42,413 bases of DNA, from contig CAZKXP010000001.1 of the NCBI GenBank assembly GCA_964556955.1, forward strand, positions 1-42,413. Reading direction: 5' to 3'. Numbering within the stretch: the first letter of the stretch is position 1; each line of letters opens with the position of its first letter. The notes under the pieces are model-generated. The model searched no databases and had not been told where the DNA came from. It was given only the letters and a program-made list of their open reading frames with translations. A program made the position numbers and the translations under genes. Shown piece after piece: positions 7,945 through 15,777 of the stretch. The DNA comes from an uncultured Candidatus Saccharibacteria bacterium. Lineage in GTDB: Bacteria; Patescibacteriota; Dojkabacteria; SC72.

Positions 7945-10900
7945 ATGAATATCAAACTACAAAGAGTGTTAAGGACTGTATCTAAGATCATACTTTTAGT
8001 TGTAGTACTGGGTTTTGTAGTATGGGGTGGTTACTATGTATATCTTTCCATAACCAACAAGCCTCAGAATGTAGTTATTACCAATATCACAGATTCTTCA
8101 GCAACTATTACTTGGACTACACAGTCACAGATGAATGGTGTTGTGTATTACAAGGAGAATGAGAAGACAATATTGCCTGGAATATTGGCATTCTTAGGAT
8201 CTAAGGTAGGGTATGATGACAGAGATGCGAGTGATGCTCAGACTGCTTGTGTAGATGAGTTTAACAAGAAGGCGGGGGAAGAGGTAGATGCAGAATTTAA
8301 TGTTAGTGGAGAGGACTTTGATTGTGAGGGTGCGAAGGTTACTGGTATGGGTAAGTACTATACACATAGTGTAACTATGACTAACCTTAAACCAGAGACT
8401 AAGTATTCTTTTGTAGTAGGTGATGGTATATGGAGTTTTAGGAGTGATGTAACTATGGTTACTACTTTTGATACTTTGGAGGAGGTTGATACTCCTATGC
8501 CTGTTTTTGGAAGAATTATTGGAGATGATGATACATACTCTAGAGATTCTTTGGTATATATTACTTTTAGGGATGGTAGTGAGGAACAGGATAGTATTGT
8601 TTACAGTAGTACTGGTAATGATGATGGAGGATGGTATTTAGATGCAGCTACAGCTAGGGATAGTAGTGGGGATGTTTTGGAGTTGGAGTTAACGAATGAT
8701 ACTTTTTTAGTAAAGGGTAGATACAGTAATTATGGAGAGAGTGAGGAAGAGAGATATATCTTAGGTTATTTTAATGGTGCATATCCTGATATTGTTATTG
8801 AAAAATCAACATCAACACAATCTTCTTTATGGAACAAGTTTGTACTTGGGGCGTATGCGCAATCTCGTAAGTCTTCGCTTGAGGTAAAAACGGAAAATAT
8901 TGTTGCAGCCTGTCCAAAATGTGCGACTTCGTTAACTACAAATGAATTATATACCATAGCTTCAGGTGGAACTTTATCTCCGGGTAGGGTTAAGGAAGTT
9001 GGTACTGGAAATATTGCTAAGGCAGTAGCTGCGACTCAAGGGGGGAGTTTCGCCATGAGTGATCTTTCTAAGTTAGGTCTCAGCCAAAATGCAGGGAATA
9101 TGAATGCACTTGTATCTAATACTAGCTATGAGACATTTAAGGTTGGAAGTACTACTCAAACAAATCAGACAATAAAGTATTCTTCTGGTGGGAGTGTTAC
9201 AAGTACAAGCTATACAACATCTTCAACATATGGATCTTCAACTACGACTTGTACAACAGATAGGAATTGTAAGACATTATCCAATTCGTCAGAAGCTCCT
9301 GGAGGATGTGCTTATGGAACAAATGTAGATGGAAGTTGTAAAACAATCGATCTAGGAGATGGTACTGTAATTCAAGAGGATGCGGAACTTTTATCAGGGA
9401 TTGGTTTCATGTATACATGTGTTGCAGATGGAAGTAAGGTTAGTAACCCTAATGATTGTGGTAAAAACGGTTTCGTGTACACATGTGTTGCAGATGGGGG
9501 TAAAGTTAGGGATCCTAATGATTGTGGTAAAAACGGTTATATGTACACATGTGTTGCAAATGGCAAGAAAGTCGTAGATCCTAAGAACTGCCCAAGCGCA
9601 ATGGATAAAGAAGTAAAGGAAGAAAAATGTAGTGTAACCGCAAATTATGATAAAGAAGGAGCTTTGCTGACATGTGGAATGTCTTGTGAGAATGGTAAAT
9701 CCATAGTAGTTGGTTCTACCAAATGTACTTCTGTTGCCCCGAGCGTAGAAAAACAGATAGATCCAAGCGTTGATGGTGCTGCTCAATCCGTAGGAACAGA
9801 TGTGTCAGTATTTTCCGTAGATCCTTGGAAACTAACCTCTGTACAAATTAAGATATTAATAGATGAGTCTCCACAATTACGAGAAGAGGCCACTAATGAG
9901 ATGAACAATATTGAGGCAAAAGAAGGTGCGTGGACTAATTCTGAAAAAAAGTCCTACAGGAATATTTGTAATGCTACAGGGGGGAATCTCTCTGTAGAAG
10001 AGTACAATTCAAAGTGGGAAATAGCTTCTTATACCTGCTCATATGATAATTCCCAAAACTGGATATCTGTTGATAAAGCTTTTGCGGAAGAGTTGTCATC
10101 ATCTGAATTGACGTATGCCTTGTATTTGCCAGAGTATGGTTTATACAGTTTCGAGTTAGGAGATGAATACACAATAACTACGAATTCTGACAGTAGCAAA
10201 TCAACTTATATATTCTACATAGAAGCCAACGGTCAGTCAGGCTTCCAAATGCCAGCTGATCCAGATAATCCAACATCAGAAGAAGACATCATATTGGATT
10301 CTAGTGCATACGAAATAACATACTCACAAGAATCAACAGCCCAACAATATGAAATTGAAAAAGGAATTAACCTACTATCCTTTAACTTTGTACCAGTATC
10401 TCCAGATGACTTAGGAGCATACATGGCATCTGATCTCATAACTCAAGCAGCAAACAATGGAGTAAACATAGAATATATATCAATATTTAGTGGAGGAAGA
10501 TGGTATTCAGGATACTCATGCTCAAGTGGAACATGTACAGGTACAAACTTTAGTATAGTACCAGGTAAAGGATATGTAGTTAAAACAAGTAACAGTGGAA
10601 CTATAACTATCCCAGGATACAACCTAACCTCCTCAGTACCCATACCATTTTCTTCAGGATGGAACCTAGTAGGAGTACATGGATATACTACAGCATATAC
10701 AGCTAGAACCCTCATAGATTCAATCAATACAGTAGAAGGCTTAACAGCTAACAATGTATCATGGTGGCCAACCTCTAAAGGTAAGTATGAAGGATTACAA
10801 TTTGAAAACAATACAGAATATGGGTTAGACTTCTCCATAAGTCCAACCAATGGATACTTTGTAAGAATATCTGACTATGCACCTCAAGACACAACCTGTA

Positions 10901-10959
10901 AATCTTTGCTTTGGAATGTAGGAGGAAGTGCCAATGGGGCTTGTGGTAATACAAAATAA
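7945..10959 (+). CDS. Large membrane-anchored surface protein with an FN3 module, Ser/Thr-rich and Cys-rich regions; function unknown
   Basis: 1004 aa. N-terminal hydrophobic anchor IILLVVVLGFVVWGGYYVYL. ITNITDSSATITWTT ... YYTHSVTMTNLKPETKYSFVVGDG is the FN3 / purple-acid-phosphatase-N-like pattern. Has a 3 x 22-aa Cys repeat. C-terminal duplication: GINLLSF..GKGYVVKTS / GWNLVGV..TNGYFVRIS. Confidence 0.85.
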   Translation: MNIKLQRVLRTVSKIILLVVVLGFVVWGGYYVYLSITNKPQNVVITNITDSSATITWTTQSQMNGVVYYKENEKTILPGILAFLGSKVGYDDRDASDAQTACVDEFNKKAGEEVDAEFNVSGEDFDCEGAKVTGMGKYYTHSVTMTNLKPETKYSFVVGDGIWSFRSDVTMVTTFDTLEEVDTPMPVFGRIIGDDDTYSRDSLVYITFRDGSEEQDSIVYSSTGNDDGGWYLDAATARDSSGDVLELELTNDTFLVKGRYSNYGESEEERYILGYFNGAYPDIVIEKSTSTQSSLWNKFVLGAYAQSRKSSLEVKTENIVAACPKCATSLTTNELYTIASGGTLSPGRVKEVGTGNIAKAVAATQGGSFAMSDLSKLGLSQNAGNMNALVSNTSYETFKVGSTTQTNQTIKYSSGGSVTSTSYTTSSTYGSSTTTCTTDRNCKTLSNSSEAPGGCAYGTNVDGSCKTIDLGDGTVIQEDAELLSGIGFMYTCVADGSKVSNPNDCGKNGFVYTCVADGGKVRDPNDCGKNGYMYTCVANGKKVVDPKNCPSAMDKEVKEEKCSVTANYDKEGALLTCGMSCENGKSIVVGSTKCTSVAPSVEKQIDPSVDGAAQSVGTDVSVFSVDPWKLTSVQIKILIDESPQLREEATNEMNNIEAKEGAWTNSEKKSYRNICNATGGNLSVEEYNSKWEIASYTCSYDNSQNWISVDKAFAEELSSSELTYALYLPEYGLYSFELGDEYTITTNSDSSKSTYIFYIEANGQSGFQMPADPDNPTSEEDIILDSSAYEITYSQESTAQQYEIEKGINLLSFNFVPVSPDDLGAYMASDLITQAANNGVNIEYISIFSGGRWYSGYSCSSGTCTGTNFSIVPGKGYVVKTSNSGTITIPGYNLTSSVPIPFSSGWNLVGVHGYTTAYTARTLIDSINTVEGLTANNVSWWPTSKGKYEGLQFENNTEYGLDFSISPTNGYFVRISDYAPQDTTCKSLLWNVGGSANGACGNTK
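9403..9600 (+). repeat. In-frame tandem repeat, 3 x 66 bp, inside the 1004-aa ORF
   Basis: GFMYTCVADGSKVSNPNDCGKN (9403..9468), GFVYTCVADGGKVRDPNDCGKN (9469..9534), GYMYTCVANGKKVVDPKNCPSA (9535..9600). Two Cys per unit. Confidence 0.9.
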
Positions 10960-10981
10960 TTAAGTTAAAAATATTTTTAAA

Positions 10982-11317
10982 ATGGAAACAATACCACCAA
11001 TATTTTGGATGATAGTAGTGAGTGTATTAACTGTAATGGTCTCTTTAATACTTTATTATGTAGCAATGTTAATAAAGGAAACTAGAACAACAGTTGTTGA
11101 TGCTCGCGAAACAATGAAACAAGCAAATAAAATACTCACACAAGCAGAATTAATAGTGAATGATGTACAAAGTAGCATATCTACCATAAGAGGGACTGTG
11201 GAAGAAATAAATCAAAGTATCTTAGCACCAATAAGGAGATTAGCTAGTGGCGTAATAGCAGTTTCATCTTTCGTAAATGGTTTTAAGAAGAAAAAAGAAG
11301 AGGAAACCGAAGAATAA
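10982..11317 (+). CDS. Small single-pass membrane protein with a coiled-coil tail (DUF948-like)
   Basis: 111 aa. TM segment IFWMIVVSVLTVMVSLILYYVAMLI, then a helical region and a KKKKEEETEE tail. The DUF948 resemblance is from memory of the family pattern. Confidence 0.7.
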   Translation: METIPPIFWMIVVSVLTVMVSLILYYVAMLIKETRTTVVDARETMKQANKILTQAELIVNDVQSSISTIRGTVEEINQSILAPIRRLASGVIAVSSFVNGFKKKKEEETEE

Positions 11318-11356
11318 CATTGTAAATATCGCTATTACTAGCTATTATAGTAATTA

Positions 11357-12919
11357 ATGAAGATTGCCCGCGTACCAACTCAAAAAAGAAATATCATAAT
11401 CATTGTAATACTCCTAGTAGGCCTTCCTCTCTTGGTATATGCATCTATGCAGGTTGTTCAACTCATATCCAATGCTAGTGCGGATACACAACCTCGTAAT
11501 GTAACTATGTCCAATATTACAACAGTATCTGCAACCGTTACTTGGACCACAGATTCAAAGGCAAAAGGTAGTGTTACACTAAAGGAAAATGGCGCAGAAC
11601 TTAGCCCCGTAATAGATACAAGAGGGGATTCAAAAAGATATACTCACTTTATTGAATTAACAGATTTAGAACCTGCTACCACATACACATTCACAATTAC
11701 TTCTGGGAGTACGAATTACACCTCTTCCGGAGAGTCTTCCTTTGTATTTGAAACTGCACCCATAACTGCAGATACACCAACACCAAATCCAATCTACGGA
11801 AATGTAAGCGGGGTATCGGGAGATGATATATTGATATTTGCAATACTAAAAGACAAAACCTCATATGCAGTCTCTGCTACTATGCCAAGTGGTGGAAATT
11901 GGATTATGGATCTATCTACATTCAGAAAAATATCTGATGGATCATTGATAATTTCAGATTCAAATACCAATCTAGTATTAGTTGCAATTACCGGTACGAA
12001 CCAAGGGGCTGTTCTAAACGGCTCGTTCTCGACCCTATTTGATAGTAATGGGAAGTTGAATAGTACACAGATATTCAGCATAGGGACCAATACATCCTTG
12101 TACTCATATTTCCCAACGGGAGGTAGTATAGTAGATGAGACTCCTGTGGTAGAAGAACCGGAAGAAGAGCCAGAAGAAGAGGATACCGATGGAAAAACTT
12201 ATCGTATTGTTAAAGATCTGGAATGGGAAGATATGGTAGTGTCGGGTGTATATTCTTGGCCATATGGAGAAGATACTGTTCGAGTTACTAATCTGACAGA
12301 TACCGGTTTTACAGTAGTATGGGTATCACAAGAGAAAGAACAAGGTAGATTGAACTATGGTACTTCTGCATCTGAGCTTTCTAGTAGTGCAAACGATGAT
12401 AGGGATGGAGTTACAAACCGTGGAGACTACTATGTGCATAGCGTGTCTTTAACTAGATTACAACCAGAGACTAAGTATTACTTCGAGGTAGTTTCTGGAG
12501 AAAATACATACGATGGTTTTGATGCTACAACATTTGCAACTCTTAGTACCCCCCCCTCTTATGTATCTATTACTGGTTCTGTAGACAATATGCCTGATAC
12601 AAATGAAGGTGTTTTGATGGGGTATATACGAGATGTAGATGGTACGGGGACATTAGGAGATTCTCTCCCTATATCTACTTTGTTGGATGACAATGGGGGA
12701 TGGATACTTTCTATCGCAGATAGTAGATCTTCTGATGGAAGCAAGTATTATGAATATACTTCTTCAGATAGTATGTACTTTGAAGTAGTTTCAACTATAC
12801 CTTCCATATATACAACTTCTGTATCTATGAATGGTATTACCAGTAAGGATATTGATATTACTTTAGAGTATAGTACGAGTACTGTGGTTAGGAAGCTATC
12901 AGACTATGGTGTTATTTAA
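11357..12919 (+). CDS. Membrane-anchored protein with two FN3 + beta-rich modules; function unknown
   Basis: 520 aa. Anchor IIIIVILLVGLPLLVYA. FN3-1: NVTMSNITTVSATVTWTT..RYTHFIELTDLEPATTYTFTITSG. FN3-2: VRVTNLTDTGFTVVWVS..YYVHSVSLTRLQPETKYYFEVVSG. Acidic linker EEPEEEPEEED between the modules. Confidence 0.85.
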   Translation: MKIARVPTQKRNIIIIVILLVGLPLLVYASMQVVQLISNASADTQPRNVTMSNITTVSATVTWTTDSKAKGSVTLKENGAELSPVIDTRGDSKRYTHFIELTDLEPATTYTFTITSGSTNYTSSGESSFVFETAPITADTPTPNPIYGNVSGVSGDDILIFAILKDKTSYAVSATMPSGGNWIMDLSTFRKISDGSLIISDSNTNLVLVAITGTNQGAVLNGSFSTLFDSNGKLNSTQIFSIGTNTSLYSYFPTGGSIVDETPVVEEPEEEPEEEDTDGKTYRIVKDLEWEDMVVSGVYSWPYGEDTVRVTNLTDTGFTVVWVSQEKEQGRLNYGTSASELSSSANDDRDGVTNRGDYYVHSVSLTRLQPETKYYFEVVSGENTYDGFDATTFATLSTPPSYVSITGSVDNMPDTNEGVLMGYIRDVDGTGTLGDSLPISTLLDDNGGWILSIADSRSSDGSKYYEYTSSDSMYFEVVSTIPSIYTTSVSMNGITSKDIDITLEYSTSTVVRKLSDYGVI

Positions 12920-12946
12920 TTTGTCGGTAGAAAAGCTTAGAATATT

Positions 12947-12955
12947 TGATATAAT
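12947..12955 (+). promoter_or_regulatory. Possible internal extended -10 promoter element upstream of the 426-aa ORF
   Basis: TGATATAAT (TGn + TATAAT 12950..12955). The -35 is poor (GTAGAA). Followed by one of the few SD-like motifs in the window (GGAG 12957..12960). Confidence 0.3.
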
Positions 12956-12966
12956 CGGAGATTATT

Positions 12967-14247
12967 ATGAATGACCAATATTATCAGAAGAAGAATAACA
13001 AGAAGGCGTTTTTACTACTATTAGTATTGGGGGGTGTAGGGTTTTTAGGATTCAAATTTTCTAATGTAGAGGAAACAGTTGCAGACTTCTCAAAAGATAC
13101 TGAAGAATCTTCGTGTAGTAGTTGTAATGGTATTGTAGATAATAGCTATGAGGATAATGAGGCGGTATTCATTAATCTTCTTGATGAAGAGAGTGATACA
13201 CCGAGTGTGCAGGGTATTGGAACTCTGTTGAAGTGTTTAGAAGCAAAAAACACATATACTGCTGATTCTGCTTGTACTATTCCATTAAGCACAGGAACAG
13301 TAAGCTTACAGGGATGGGTTAGTTCCACTGCAGATATAAAGTTGGTTAGCATGATGGTTCCGATAATACCTCTTTCAGGCAGTTATGAAGTTGAGAGTAA
13401 CATTAGGAAAATTTCGGAGAAGACGGGTAACTATGGTGTCAAACCCGCTGGTGCTCAGTTTGATGATAAACAATGGCGCTACAACGCAACACCTGGTGAG
13501 GGAGTTGAGTCTCTAGGGGAAAGAATCTTGAGTGCAATCCAAAAGAAAGCATTTGGGGTCAAATATACCGTGTCTACAGAAGCCGAAGAGGGGGATGGAG
13601 AGGCGAGTATTTCGGAGTATGCACCTAATAATGGCGGAGAGGAATTTAACAATCCAGAGAATATTAATCCAGATAAATCTAATCGTATTGCAGATTGGCT
13701 GAAAGATATCTATTACGATTATCCTGGGGAGGTAGATGTGGAAGATAATGAATCAATAAAGATTGAAGGAGTTTGTGAAGGTATAGAGGAGGTAGAGATT
13801 GATAGCAATTCGGAAACACAATGTTTCAATGTTTGGAATGCACTTGTGAATACTTTTGGATCATTATTCCCATCTTCGGATTGGGCTAGTTGTAATGCGA
13901 AAGAAGAAGATGGAGGTTGTATAAAATCTGAGGATATCGTTGTAAAAATGAGTCCAATGTTTGAAGAAACGAACAATTTTATGTTGAAAAGAAACAAGAC
14001 AGCGATGGACCCAGAGACTGCATTGTCATATCAGCCACACTATATCATTACGAAATGTACAGCTGATGTCTCTGGAAAGCTTGTTGATGTTAAGTGTCTC
14101 TGGGATATGACATATATATTTGAAGAAAGAAAAGCTGCAGAGTATGATGATGCAGGTGGGTCAGATACACCATCTGAATATAAGTATATTAAGTATCTAA
14201 AAGAGGAGAGTATAAGGCGTACAGATACTTTACCTTATGGCTCGTAA
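12967..14247 (+). CDS. Membrane-anchored acidic, Cys-containing extracytoplasmic protein; function unknown
   Basis: 426 aa. N-terminal KKNNKK followed by hydrophobic AFLLLLVLGGVGFLGFKF. I recognise no family motif. Confidence 0.8.
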   Translation: MNDQYYQKKNNKKAFLLLLVLGGVGFLGFKFSNVEETVADFSKDTEESSCSSCNGIVDNSYEDNEAVFINLLDEESDTPSVQGIGTLLKCLEAKNTYTADSACTIPLSTGTVSLQGWVSSTADIKLVSMMVPIIPLSGSYEVESNIRKISEKTGNYGVKPAGAQFDDKQWRYNATPGEGVESLGERILSAIQKKAFGVKYTVSTEAEEGDGEASISEYAPNNGGEEFNNPENINPDKSNRIADWLKDIYYDYPGEVDVEDNESIKIEGVCEGIEEVEIDSNSETQCFNVWNALVNTFGSLFPSSDWASCNAKEEDGGCIKSEDIVVKMSPMFEETNNFMLKRNKTAMDPETALSYQPHYIITKCTADVSGKLVDVKCLWDMTYIFEERKAAEYDDAGGSDTPSEYKYIKYLKEESIRRTDTLPYGS

Positions 14248-14269
14248 TTTAAATTAAATAAATATTAAT

Positions 14270-15757
14270 ATGAGTTTTGTTGAAAAAGCTTACAATCATG
14301 GATTAAAGGTTGTGAAAATTTTTAATTCAAAAATTTTTCACTTCTTCTTAATATTCTTTGGGGCTTTGGCCTTAATTTTTGGTGTAATGAATGTATATGC
14401 GCAAGAAGAAACATTACGCATCTCTCCTGATTTCCCTGGGAATAAAGCAGTGTATAATACAGCGAGTGGTGTTGATCCAGACCAAGACAATACAACGAGT
14501 TATGGCGGGACCTCTCTATTAAATACCTCTTGGGTTACGGCAATATCACTTGCACCTTCATTGACTGAGGGTGGAGATGCTGTGTTAAACAACGCTGATA
14601 TCCCTAATGATATGAAGTATGGGCTATTAGGAATCACAGATAGTGCATGGGCAGGAATATATAGAAATACTCCAAGCGTAGATTTAATCGCACACTTAGG
14701 AAATGAATGGGTCCCTGGTTATGATGAATCTTCATATGGGACTTATGCAGATGATGGTGCTAATGTAAGTGGTTACCAAAGCCTAATAGACTCGGGTATC
14801 GCACCTCTCTGGACTCAGTTTAGAAATATGTCGTATGTATTCTTAGTAATAATAATGTTGGTTATTGGATTTATGATTATGTTTAGAAGTAAGATAGGAG
14901 GTCAATTGATGGTCTCCGTTGGTAATACAATTCCTAGTGTCATAGTAAGTCTAATCCTAATAACTTTCAGTTTTGCAATTGCAGGATTAATTATTGATAT
15001 TGGAGGGATTTTGGTTTCCCTCTTGTATTCAATATTTGAGCAGAAAAGCATTTCTATTCAAAATTTTGGAGCTTTGTTTGATGTTTTGTTTAGAGGAGTC
15101 TCTGTAACTGATTATTTTGAAGTGGTAGGTAATGATTTTACGAATGCTTTCAATGGCTTCTCAACAAGTATTGGATCAGGCTTATTGTTATGGATGAAGG
15201 CTGTCTTCCAAACAACAGTCTTTGGAGTTGTTGGTATGATTATGTTTGTGGTAGGGCTTGGTGTTGTTGCTGTAGGCGCAATAAAACTACTTATAGTTTT
15301 GTATAAGACATATTTTGAATTAATTCTAAATGTAATACTTGCTCCATTTAAAATTTTAATGGGTACAATCCCAGGCAAGGATGTTGTAAGAACAAACTGG
15401 ATTACAAGTTTGATGAGAAATGTCCTCATATTCCCAATGGTGTATTTTATTGTAAATATTCCAATATATTTATCTTCAGTTCTAGGAGAAGACAATGTTG
15501 TACTTGGATTTCCATCTAAATTAACTGGCGCAAATCTAGGAGATACAGGATTGGACATATCTACAGGAGAAGGGTATATAGGGTTATTGATAAATTTCGT
15601 ACTAAGAGTGTTCGTTTTGTATTATGCAGCACAAGCACCTAAGTTTGCTGAAGCAATCATTCCTCCTTTGGAAGTTAATAAGGCAGCTGCAGATGCAATG
15701 GCAAATGCGAAGATGAGTCTATCAAAAGCACCATTTGTAGGAGGATTGTTTAAATAG
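14270..15757 (+). CDS. Polytopic integral membrane protein with signal peptide and about 150-aa extracytoplasmic N-domain; function unknown
   Basis: 495 aa. FFLIFFGALALIFGVMNVYAQEE looks like a cleavable signal. At least five or six long hydrophobic segments from about residue 190 (e.g. YVFLVIIMLVIGFMIMF, VIVSLILITFSFAIAGLIIDIGGILVSLLY, VFGVVGMIMFVVGLGVVAVGAIKLLIVL). Confidence 0.85.
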   Translation: MSFVEKAYNHGLKVVKIFNSKIFHFFLIFFGALALIFGVMNVYAQEETLRISPDFPGNKAVYNTASGVDPDQDNTTSYGGTSLLNTSWVTAISLAPSLTEGGDAVLNNADIPNDMKYGLLGITDSAWAGIYRNTPSVDLIAHLGNEWVPGYDESSYGTYADDGANVSGYQSLIDSGIAPLWTQFRNMSYVFLVIIMLVIGFMIMFRSKIGGQLMVSVGNTIPSVIVSLILITFSFAIAGLIIDIGGILVSLLYSIFEQKSISIQNFGALFDVLFRGVSVTDYFEVVGNDFTNAFNGFSTSIGSGLLLWMKAVFQTTVFGVVGMIMFVVGLGVVAVGAIKLLIVLYKTYFELILNVILAPFKILMGTIPGKDVVRTNWITSLMRNVLIFPMVYFIVNIPIYLSSVLGEDNVVLGFPSKLTGANLGDTGLDISTGEGYIGLLINFVLRVFVLYYAAQAPKFAEAIIPPLEVNKAAADAMANAKMSLSKAPFVGGLFK

Positions 15758-15777
15758 ATAAATTGCTAATGTAATCT

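Noticed and set aside
9403-9600. Regular 66-bp tandem repeats, which could superficially suggest a CRISPR-like or noncoding satellite array
   Set aside because: The units are contiguous with no spacers, in frame with the 1004-aa ORF, and conserved at the protein level (two-Cys 22-aa unit). This is a coding repeat.
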